DNA of 64,000 nt from Vermamoeba vermiformis (Eukaryota): contig JBEWZL010000236.1 of NCBI GenBank assembly GCA_045837725.1, positions 310,001 to 374,000 on the forward strand, read 5' to 3'. Position 1 is the stretch's first letter; each line of letters starts with the position of its first letter. The position numbers and the translations under genes are program-made. This document shows, one piece after another, positions 38,705 to 51,097 of this stretch. Below the pieces are notes generated by a model. That model saw nothing but the letters and a program-made list of their open reading frames with translations. It did not search any database and had not been told where the DNA came from.

Positions 38705-39682
38705 TTAAGCGAGTCCAATGTGAGTCAGCTGTGGTCTGCTCCAGATAAAAGCGAATTGATTTGAGCGGATGGCGGTAAAAATTTTGAAGCATTACAAGTG
38801 CTTCATTTTCTAGCAAGTCATCGGATTTCGGACAGATAATATTACAAGTTTTGAAGAACGCAGAATTATTCGAAAAAGAGCTTCGAATTATTTTCAACGA
38901 ACTTCGGATGTGCTCCAAAAATAGTCAATTTTATTCATAAATTTTGCACTATCGCAAATGTTTACAATTCCATCACCTGTCAAAATGGGCTAATTTCAAA
39001 TGGTTCCCGAACTCATTTCACGCCACACCGTAATTATTACAACAAATTTTGACTTCCTCTTGATGAATAATTATTTTCGCTTCGTGCACTATTTAATATA
39101 CTATTGTTCTCGCATTCTTCATACAACTCGATTTTGGGAAAACAACAAATGTTGCGCACTCTCCCGACCCCCTAGGCACGCATCATATCAACCCCAAGGC
39201 AAGAATGCTGGGGATGGCCCGGAGTATTAGGAAAGTCCCACGTGACAGGGGCGCGGACGAGCGCCGACATTTTAGTTGTAGCGGAAAAAATTGGGTTGTA
39301 TGAATTTGAATGCGCAGAACAATAGTTCTAATGTGTGGACTGTTGTGTCCACTTGCTGTACAAAAATCAAGTTTGTGTGCGTGCACGAGTTTGTACAAGA
39401 CGGGACCAAAAGCACGCACACAAGAGGTCCCGCGACTGAACATCATTTTTGGTTATTTTTCAGCTCAAACAACAGCAGCACTAGCGTAACAATTTTGTTC
39501 GTAAGTATTTAAGAGGATCTTAGCTGCGACATTTCGGATTTAGTGAAACGTAATTTCTAAAATTTTACGAATATTCATTTTAAACGAGATTCAAAACGCC
39601 TAAATATTCTTTATCATAATTTTTAAAGATTTAACCACCTCTATCCAAGCTAATCCACTAAATCCGCACAGTTAATTTAACG

Positions 39683-42418
39683 ATGGGCCAAAGCGAGACG
39701 AAACCCATCTCCACGGAAGCTCTAATGGATATGCTTCCTAACGAGGCTATTCTAGAAGTCTTGAAGCATCTCAGCATCAGCGATCTCAAGTGTACGTTAC
39801 TCATAATTTATTTTCGAATTTATCGCTAATATTTTGATTTATTACAGTAAATATCGCCCGCGTATCAAAAAGATTTTTCAAAATTAGCAAAGAAAAATTA
39901 TTGCGCCAAAGCTGCATGGATGTAATTTGCAAGTCGGGTAACATTGACAGAAATGAAGCCTTGGCCTTCTCTGAAATCTACAATGTGTACGTCCTATATT
40001 CTTGATCAATTTTTTATTAATTAGTATCATAGGGACTTCCATAAAGTCAAATTTATGAAGGACAAAGTGGAGGCAGAGTTGGAACGCAAACGAGTTTTTG
40101 ATTCCTTATTCTCCAAATTAGGAAAGATTAAGCAACCTTATATTAACCTCGTCCATGGAATCAAAATTGAGGAATTAAACAAAGCTTTGAGCGATGAGAA
40201 AGGTAATCACTAAATAAAATTAATATTGTGGATCTGACATTTAATTGTCCTTATTTAGACATTGAATTGTTCAAAAACAATTTCGGGTGCCATTACCTCA
40301 CCGTAGCCTACTGCAAGGCAAGATTTAAAGAAGATCAAAAGCTGTTATTAGAACTGATGCACAAAGTCAAGCCGCGCGATCAACTCGAGCTGATGGGAGT
40401 CATTACACCGCTCATGCGCGACGTTGAAAATCCAAGCGTAGAAGTGCGCGTTAAAGCTATTCAAACATTCGTTGTATTTTTCCAACCTCTCAGCGCCGTC
40501 ATCATCAAACTTGGTTTGATCCCGAAGTTGATGGATCTGTTCACCACGAAGCAACCCGCCGCACTGAAGGGTGCCGTAGGTTCATTAATGGCCAAGCTTT
40601 CAGGCAGTAAGTAGCGGGCTCCTTATAATATCTTGGTTTGCATCGTAACTGATCAGTGATCTTTTTGTAGGTGCTACTCAGGAGTTCTTGGAACAAAGAG
40701 GTCTTGAAAGATTAAGAACGTGCTTTGAGGAGCGCTTGGAGGCCTCTGTCGAATCTGACAAGAGCTACGCAGAGATCATTTTCAACTGCCACGAAGCAGG
40801 TACTTTACGCGTCTCAATGTCAACTCTTCTGCGTTTTTTGGCGATAATTTGATTTTATACGGCCCGCAGACGCTCTTTATTGTCATACTATAGATAACTA
40901 ATGTCATATATAGTGCTCAAGGACGAGGCAAATTGGCCCAAGTATGACACGTTCCTTCAGAAGTCATTGGCCCGTGACGCGTTCTGCGTGTACACCTCAT
41001 GGGCTTTGGTATATATGGAATATCTCAAGGGCGAGCCTAGTGAAGCGACAGTACGTCACAGTGCCTCACAGGTGCGCGGACCTGGCGAGCATGCCTCGAA
41101 ACGTACGTCACGCAGTACTATTTACTCAATTTTAATTCGTAATATCAAAAGACCTCAAGCACACATTCGAAGCGATGCTGTCGAAGTTTGATCACCCCGA
41201 GAACGAGCTCATTATGCCTGCTAAGAAGACATTCGCCAAGATGATGTCCATGTTCGAAAGCACACGTAAGTTTTATCTTCCTCTTGCCTAGTGTTTAAAA
41301 CCGTTACTTAACTGTCATCCGTGTGACCCATAGACATGAGCTCATTGCGCCCTTTGTTGCGTGGAGAGTTGACGCGTGACATTTTCTTGCAAGTAGTCGA
41401 CATGTTGGGACAAGCCGTGACCAAGGGTATGACTTAGTCTGCAGTCTCACGTCCAAGTGCACATTACTAACAACGTGTAGATGGTGTCGACGCTACCGAG
41501 CTGGGCAATGTGTGCGCCTTGTTGGCTGAAGCGCGTGCCACATTCAATGACAAACAATGTGCCTTCTGGTTCAACTGGTTGCTCGAGAAGATCAACACCG
41601 GAGGTAACAAGCGCATTACATAATCTATTCATAGTAACATACTAACTGTTAGATAGATGTAAAACAACGAGCCTTCAGTGTGGATCCGAACTTGATGTTC
41701 TACGAGCAAGAAGTCGCTTTTGGCAATCACTCGCCATTCGACGGAAGAATCATGACGCACGCTTATATTACTTCGGGCAAGTGGTACTTTGAAGTTAAAG
41801 TCTTGGGTGCTCCCAACAAGGTCACTGTGGGCTGGGCCAAGTAAGCAATTACGACACTTTGGATCACGTATGCACAAAGCTAACTCTCATTTAGTATTGA
41901 GCTCAACCCTCCCATTACCTATTCTATGACTTGCCCTCTTAAAGAAGCTGACCACGAAATCGTTATTGGCTGCTTCATTGACATGGAGAAGCGAGAAATT
42001 TCTTACGCGATCGACGGCGAAAAGCAAGACCAGAAGTACCAAATGGATATTATTAACGTCAAATACGCACCTTATATTAGACTCGGACCTGGTGGCGAAT
42101 GCCAGGTAATACATCTTGACCGTTCCTTTTTTTAGGTCGGATTCTTACTTAACTTCTTCTCATTAGGTTAACTTTGGCCGAGATGCCTTCGTTCATCCTC
42201 AAGCAGACATGCGCGCCTTCAATCAAAACGTCATTACCTTCGAGAAGTTGCTGTACAAGAAGATCGAATCCATCGCCGCCGAGATGCAGCAGTTGCGAGT
42301 TGACTTGGAGGCTTCAATTGACGGTGTCGAAGAGCGGTTGGCTAGCAAAATATCAAAGGTCTCAGACCGCGTTAGCGACTTGTCTCGCCGCGTGGACAGC
42401 ATTCCTAGGCAGCAATAA
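39683..42418 (+). CDS. F-box + ARM/HEAT-like + SPRY + coiled-coil protein
   Basis: MGQSET start. LPNEAILEVLKHLSISDLK..ARVSKRF (F-box), GLIPKLMDL (ARM-like), GKWYFEVK and VIGCFIDMEKREISYAIDG..VNFG (SPRY). 5'-UTR intron donor at 39501. Confidence 0.75.
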
Positions 42419-43219
42419 ATTTTTAATTTAAGCACCGATCCCAACAACACCTTTGTAGTTTCGTGCTAGTCTTATAATCAACCCCTGTGCATTGATTATA
42501 AACGTCAATTGGTTCGCAGCGTCAAAGGTTTGCGTTGTGGTAAGACTAAGATCGAACCGTTTGTTTAAATTTTATTTTTGTAATCCATTAGGGTAGCTTG
42601 TATCTTGACAATTATGGCAAAAAATTGCTTCAATATAATTTCACTTTTAAAATTAATTTGCTTCGGAGGACCTTTTTTCATGTTTTACCCGAATTTCAGA
42701 GAGGCGCGCACGGGAACTGGATCGTCTTCTGAAATGCTTCAAAGACTAACTACATGAATTAGTATGCTGACAGAACCGTCTAAACCAGCTTGCATGGAGT
42801 AGACATTGCACAATGGAGCAATCCGTTCGAGTCAAAAGATCCGGAGGTGCGCACACGTCGGAACGTAGATTACCGCGAGTGGATATATGGCCGTTACAGA
42901 GCCTAAATTACTAACTATGTGCTAATGTAACGTTACCGAAGCGAATGGAATCGATTGATCTAGTAAGACTAAGCTAGTCGCATGGTATCTGTTGCAGCCA
43001 GAGAACGAGTGGTGTTTGGACAAAATAGGAATTGGCTCAAATTCGCGTAAATTATGAAAACAAATTACCGAACCACGAGTACAATTCACGACGCACCGTT
43101 CACCAAGACTCGCGAAATTTCACCCCACGTGGTTTCGAAGATAAATAGCCCACGCTGCGTGCTTTTCTTTCAATCAACAAAACAACACCACAACACAAGC
43201 TACTTAATACTAATCAAAT

Positions 43220-44470
<1,251 letters not shown>

Positions 44471-44824
44471 ACGGCCAATCAGCACCGACCTCTTGTTCAT
44501 AGCTTTTGTTCATAGTTTGTAGTTAGTTTTATCCCGTAGAATTTTATAGCTATGTAGTTATTTGTGAATAAAGATAGTTTATGCCCAATACAATTTCCCG
44601 TGGTGAGCGCCCAGCCTATTATCGTATAGAAACCGACCGAACGCAGAATCTTTTCTACAAGAACAACGTCCAGAATACTCATAATGATTAAATCGCTCCT
44701 TGTGACTTTATTGCTATTTAATACATCGTTGCTAGTACTGCTCTGGTGACGCGAATGAAGGCATCTGAGGAGTGAATTAGTAAGGTGTCGATGAGTGTGG
44801 CAATGGTAGTAAGAAAATACGAAT

Positions 44825-44921
44825 GATCTGTATCAGTGAACAAGCGTTTAAATCTGTCATTAATGATCAGACGATGTCAGCTCTTCCAAAACTGCGCTTA
44901 TTACGGTCATCAAAACAGATC
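44825..44921 (-). ncRNA. C/D-box snoRNA guiding LSU rRNA 2'-O-methylation
   Basis: 7-bp terminal stem GATCTGT/ACAGATC. C box TGATGA (44912-44907), D' CTGA (44870-44867), C'-like ATGACA, D CTGA (44836-44833). The 16-nt element 44887-44872 is complementary, with one G-U pair, to the conserved LSU sequence CGAUGUCGGCUCUUCC. Confidence 0.75.
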
Positions 44922-45269
44922 CAGAAAACAAAAACATTTGAACGTGGTTCAGAATTACCTTCATGGTGCTGCCTCTTCAAAAGAGTATGGATTGCTTCAT
45001 TATGATAATTAACGTGCCACCGATCGTTATTTATTATCACTTGTAATGAAATTTCGGAAGATTCACATTGCCGCTGCGCACGGGTCAGGCCTTTCCGAAC
45101 ATATTCGCAACTACAACGTACACACGCGCTTGTTACGCTTCCTAATGCTTTACTTTTGTTCTGGGGTCTTTCCTCGAATCCAAATAGAAAAATATTGCTG
45201 ATGTCAATAATCTTTTATTCATACATACATTGAGACAGGATGCGCCTCCACTACCGAAGTATTATTGTT

Positions 45270-46365
45270 TTAAATCTTATCCTCTTCCTTAGGACCATAT
45301 AGAACAAATTCTACGAGCTGTTCTCTCGATATTTTCGTTTCTTTGAGCTCTGATTGTCTCTTAGTGTACTGCCAAATACGACTGATATGCATGTGATTTA
45401 GAAAAAGATTATTTTTGCTGTCGTATTTATCCTGAGACAAGTATAGAATGGCTGGTACCAATGACTCTTCGGTGATCAATGATACGAAGTTCGAATAAAA
45501 TAGTGTTTTTGCAACCACATACATTCTAGTCATACGTTTTTTTCGTAGTTCATTGTCGCGGCACATTTTTGATATTTCGGGATAAAAATGGTATCTCGAA
45601 TCAGCCCATTCCCACGAACAATTCATATCTTCGATCATCGGGTTTTGTTGGATCCATCGTTCAATGAACCGTTGAGTCTCTAAATCTTCATAAACATCGA
45701 AATTATCTCGAACGTTAATTTTTTTCAACATTAATCTTGGAGCGTTTTGCCAAGCCATAAGTAGTGCTTTGAAACCATCGACTGTCATCTTATTACCCTC
45801 CAAATTAATAGATTTTAGTCTAATTTTGCTACCCTGACTCCAAGCCTCGGATAATTTAAGTATTTTTGCGTCATCTAGTCCCGCGTAATAGAGTCTCAAT
45901 TCGACCAATCGCTCGTTCTCTTTTAAACCTTCAACCAGATTGACCATATGATCCATAGTGAGACGCGCGTCTCTAATTCGACTGGTCGTCATATCAATCG
46001 TCAAATGAGTCAAACTAGTAATGTTGGCCAAAAAAGTGATGCTTTTCGGGATCGATCCGACAATCGGCAATTTTGATAGAATATTTGCATGCGCGGTAGC
46101 CTCGAATACAGCCTGTATTAAATCAATCGATTTGTCTGACTTGATGGTAATGGATTTAATCGTCTTATTGTTCCGCAGTGCTTTTGCCAGATGTGGGATC
46201 GCATCCCGATCGAACTTTCCGTCCTCGATTTGAAGCTCATATAAATCAGTGCTATTCGATAGATATTCCATAAGAGCCTTCGAGGTGTCTTTATGCGCGG
46301 AGATGCTGCGTATACCGAGTTGACGTCCGTAGTCCAATCTAGTCGCATAAATATTTCGCAGTCGA
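45270..46365 (-). CDS. RI-like LRR protein (5' exons unresolved)
   Basis: ALRNNKTIKSITI, LKENERLVELRL, LKSINLEGNKMTVDG. Acceptor near 46366. Confidence 0.8.
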
Positions 46366-46947
46366 CTGTAACAATAAAATTACGTTTTTCAACATAGAAC
46401 GACCACACTTATATCTTAAAGTTATATTTCTGTACAAAGTGGTCCCTGAATTGACGGCAATTGATGCGAAGTGCCGTAACTTTTGGTTGGTAAGCCAGAT
46501 GCTGGATTTGTTTTTTCTGATCTTCGCATCACAACAAAATTAACGACTAATTCCATCGCGATAAATCATAATATTAATAATAGAGTGCCTCGTAAGCAAT
46601 TACAAGCACTTTTGAATTATTTTGAATTATTTTTTAAAATTAACGCCTCCGATCTGTTCGGCCATTGTGCTGCAACTATTCGGGTCGTACTTTCGATTTG
46701 TAACACTCTTATTAATACAATCTTATTGATAGGTGTGCGACTTCATATTGAGAAGATTTTGTACAGGCGATTTAGGGGACCCGGACTCTATTGTTTGAGT
46801 TTTTTCTGCCATCTTTGTAAACAAATTCCAGTAAATTTCGCACAATAGTGGTGAGTTATTATCACTTTATACATGGCTAATGATTACTCAGTTTATTTTT
46901 GATGTGTTAGATCCGAACCACACGCGACCTCGAAAAGTGCCTCGGCA

Positions 46948-49885
46948 ATGGCCAAAGTAGTAAACCTTGGTGCCACATGCTACATTAGCAGTTCTTTACA
47001 GCTATTATTTAGTATTGAAGCTTTCCGTGAGCTTGTTATATCATCAAAACCTACACACAAACTTGCGATTGAATTTCGACAGATTATCACACTTATGAAG
47101 AGTAATAAAACAATTCATATCGAACCATTAACAAGGCTATTGAAAATATCAAAAGCAAGCTACCAAAAAGAACACCGTGATTTACAAGAGTTTCTGCTCA
47201 ATTTATTGGACAAGTTAACTGAAGACTCTGAGTTCAAGCGAATTATAAAGCAAGTTTTTGGTGGTGCCTTACAACGTAATGGTTCAGAATTAATGGAGCC
47301 TTTTATAGGTACAAATGACTGCTGCAACTCGACTTAATTTCAATTGACTTTATAATTTAGATATTTCAATTCCAGTTGCCCCCGGCAATGTTGTGGACAG
47401 TTTAGTTCAACTTTTCAGCAGTGTACATAACATTTGCATAAGACTTGGATTTTAACTTATTCAATGATAAGGACTGGGGTTCACACAAATTTTTGACATT
47501 CCCCACTGCATTAGTCCTCCACCTTAAGCGTTTTGATAATCTGGGCAACAAGAATGAAGCGAAGTTTCACTTCAAGTCAACTCTAGTTATTCCAGCAAAG
47601 CTCAGTTGTAGTGGTCATGCAGAGACCTACCAACTCAAATCAATAATAGTGCACCAAGGAACTGCTAAACAGGGTCACTACGTAACCTACAGCCTTGCGA
47701 ACAACCAATGGCTTGAACTCAATGATGCAGTCGTCTCAAAGGTAGTCAAAGTATGCCATTTTGCAGGTTCTAACCTCAATGTAGGCTCCCAAAGACTTCA
47801 TGCAGAGGTTATTTGAGGGAATTGCAAGTGCTTATATCTTAGTGTACTGCACACAGCGTATTTCATCCCCAACCAAGTCCAGACCCACACGAATTATTGG
47901 AAATGAATCACAGCAATTTAATGATTTTATGGAATGGGACTCAACATCATGTCAAAGTGATCCAATAGAGATATCAGATAGTGAATATGAAGCAAACGAA
48001 AGTGATGATATGAGTGAATCAATTGAAGAAGATAATGAAGAGACATCAGAAGTCGCAAGTCCTGCAGCAGTGAAAGAAGGTATTGATTTCTCATTCATTA
48101 ATCATTTTGATAACCATTACTGGCAGCTAAACTTCAAGCAAAACTGTCTGGGTGGAAAAACGATGGGAGTAAATTCAAGCCCAAAACTTCTCAACCATTG
48201 ACAAACCCAGGACCAAAGCACCAGCTCATCTTAACAAAAATTAATGCAATACGTCATCAACTGGGAAAGCCAAAACTGTCTTCAACACTACGTGTCACAG
48301 AGCTTGACTGTTACTTACTTATGATGAATGACATAATTGAACATATTGAAAAAACAACAGATGCAAATCTGCACATCAAAGCAGTCGATTTGCGCGCTTA
48401 TCTTGGTGTTAGAATTGCACAACAATTATCGCCAGGTCATTCTGTTGATGACTCTTGGGCCTCCTTTTTGCATTCACGCGCCATGTGGGGCAACAGGTGG
48501 ATTGCTAAAACAATGCTAAAAGATGAATTCAAGTTTATACACCGGAACAAAAAGTAAGTTCGTTGTTCACTCACTGTAATGGTTCTTACCTTTGGTCTTA
48601 GGTATGATGTGTACTTTGTTTGGGCAGCTCTGAATCAAACCTACTCAGAAATATGGGTGCCATTCAGCCACCTTGCTTTAGATGATAAAGCAAATGCTTG
48701 GAAAGGAAGGTCAATTTACAAGATTTACAGATTACGCAAGCCATTCCCTTGGGCAATGTTAGAATATGTCATTATTGATGAAAGTGGATGGATGTCTGGC
48801 TTCATTCCTCGATATGGACTGTTTGCTACCATAACAGACAAGTTCAAGAAATGGCGAGAGTTATATCACGCCTTCAAAACAGGTCAACTTTCGCAAAGAC
48901 CTCTACCATTTAAAACAATGTTTCCACGAGCATCAAAGACAAATTTCGATTTGGAAAAAGCCGTCAGTTTTTTATTGTCAAGACTCCCTGACAAACAAAG
49001 GCACGTTTATGACTTTATTAGAGAACCCACAAATTATGAAGAATGGAACAATCTGACAACTCGAAACTTATCACACTATCATGTATTTTGTGACAGAGAG
49101 TTTTCCTCACTATGGCAGCACCTGCAAAAGCACAATATTGGATACACTGTTGGCATTATTGGAACATCACACCCTAACCTGTTTCAAAACAACCTTGCTC
49201 ATTGTTTACAGCCAGGACAATGGCGCAGCTTAACAAACGACTCAGATATCATCATGTCATTCTATGACCCTCAAGGCAAGACCTGTCACTGGGCTAGTAA
49301 TCGAGGAACAGCAGCCTCAATTTCTGAAAAAGTAATTGATGGAAACAAAAAGAAAAAGCTTGCATACTCTGCTCCCCACTTGGTGCAACAATATCGGACA
49401 TACTTCAGTTCTGTGGATAAGCATAACTCCAAAGCCAAGAAGTTTAAGTGGCCCTACCGGATTCGAAAAGTAACAGAGCGCTTAGTATTTGCAGATTGGG
49501 AGCGCTCTGCTCAAGTTCAGGCAGAAACACTCTTCAAAAGACTCACCAACAGTGATATTCCTGCCAAGAAATTTCTTGCCAATTTAGCGCGCTCCCTGGT
49601 AGAGGAATTCCAATCAAAAAGGAAACGAAACTACACAATAGAAGCGTTAGATCTTGTGCGCGCCAGTGGAAAGCATAATCCATACACCCACACCTGTGCG
49701 TACGAATTTGGCAACTCCAAGCGTTGTTTCTTTTGTCAAACTCAAAAGATATCTTCTTCTACACTGTAAGTATGTGTAGGTGTACTTTTGTCAAACTAAT
49801 TAATTGCCTTAGCTACAAGTGCATTCAGTGCAAAGTTGCCTTACACAAGAAGTGCTGGAAGAAATTCAAAGGTGTAAATCTTTAA
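46948..49885 (+). mobile_element. Ubiquitin-specific protease (C19) fused to piggyBac-type DDD transposase
   Basis: USP motifs: NLGATCYISSSLQLL, HRDLQEFL, LHLKRF, HQGTAKQGHY, WLELNDAVVS, AYILVY. Transposase motifs: LALDD..AWKGR..Y...KP, VFCDREFSS, YFSSVDKHN, C-terminal CFFC...CIQC..LH..C. Short GT-AG introns, including 48080-48126, 48554-48601 and 49766-49812, keep one frame. Confidence 0.85.
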
Positions 49886-49923
49886 GTTTTGTACAAGGAG
49901 TTATCAGTTAACTATTGTGTGAA

Positions 49924-50191
49924 TAGCATGTAACACGTTGTGGTGTAGCATGAGCACGAAAGTGCCTGAGGCGGCTTTGACGCAAAAAACCTCGTGTGTA
50001 GGCACTGAGAGTTTGGGGATAGTCAGCTTGCTTCAGATTTATTCACATAATCACCTGCTAGGCTAACTGTTAGTAGCATGTAACACGTTGTGGTGTAGCA
50101 TGAGCACGAAAGTGCCTGAGGCAGCTTTGACGCAAAAAACCTCGTGTGTAGGCACTGAGAGTTTGGGGATAGTCAGTTTGCTTCAGATTTA
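49924..50191 (+). repeat. Two-copy 118-bp direct repeat (150-bp period)
   Basis: 49924-50041 and 50074-50191 differ at two positions. Confidence 0.95.
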
Positions 50192-50230
50192 CTCAACAGA
50201 CGATAGCCTGGGCTACTATTGAGCTTATTT

Positions 50231-51033
50231 ATGAGAAATGGGAGCAGCCATGTCCAAATTCTGGTACGTCTACCGTGTAGACTTCCAGTTGGTTAAGGAA
50301 TATTGTAAGTCAGTTTGAAAATTCGAAGAATCGGATCTCTGATTTAATTGCCCACAGAAAAAGCCCAAGAAGCGCAAAGTTCAAAAATCTAAATCAGAAG
50401 CAGATGTAGTGGCAGCGATATTAAATGACCCAAAAATGAAAGAAATGTTGCCGAACGGCGAAGAAGATTTTATCGTCTCGAAAACACTTGACGCGATTTA
50501 CTGCAACATCTGCGACACGAAGATCAATCTGGGCTATCCAGGTACGCTCACAGCTCTGGCGTAAGATAATAACAGACATTAATATTGATATTAGGCACGG
50601 TGACCAAGTTCCGTGATCACATCACCGGACAAAACAACGCGACGACTTCAAAGCACCGTAGGAATTTGGAGAAGCTGAAGAACAAAGAAAAGTAATTATA
50701 TCACCGGTCATAATAGTCCGCAAATTGGAGATATTAATGTGTTGTAGGGATGACCAATCAGAGGAAGGACGATCGAAAGGCAATTTGAAAGTTGTGCTGG
50801 AGAATGCACGAGCACGCATGAGCAATGAAAAGGGCCTGACAATGTGTTATTGTCTGCAGCCAGCAGCGAAGATGTACAACGAACAGTTTGATCGCGCGTA
50901 CTGGCGGTGTGCCACTGTGGGCTCGGATGGATTTCCCGTGTGCAACTTCAAAATGCTCGCAACGGACAATGAAATCGACAGTAGTTCGAGCGACAAGGCA
51001 GCGATTACTAGCCTATTGGATGGTACTGTGTAA
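50231..51033 (+). CDS. Small nuclear zinc-finger protein (NLS, C2H2/matrin-like finger, GRF-like finger)
   Basis: Spliced model MRNGSSHVQIL|KKPKKRKV...CNICDTKINLGYP|GTVTKFRDH...KH...|...CYC...RAYWRCA...CNF. The start codon is uncertain. Confidence 0.6.
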
Positions 51034-51097
51034 TATAAAAGTGATCAAAAACGAAATAAAAATGTAAAATAGTGTACAGAAAAATCAACTTAATGAT

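Noticed and set aside
49924-50191. CRISPR-like array
   Set aside because: Only two long units, in a eukaryotic context with no cas genes.
46400-51090. TTAA target duplications and terminal inverted repeats for the piggyBac-like element
   Set aside because: TTAA sites near 46416, 46640, 49882 and 50293 show no matching inverted termini. ATCACTTTATA (46861) versus TATAAAAGTGAT (about 51035) is short, gapped and not flanked by TTAA.
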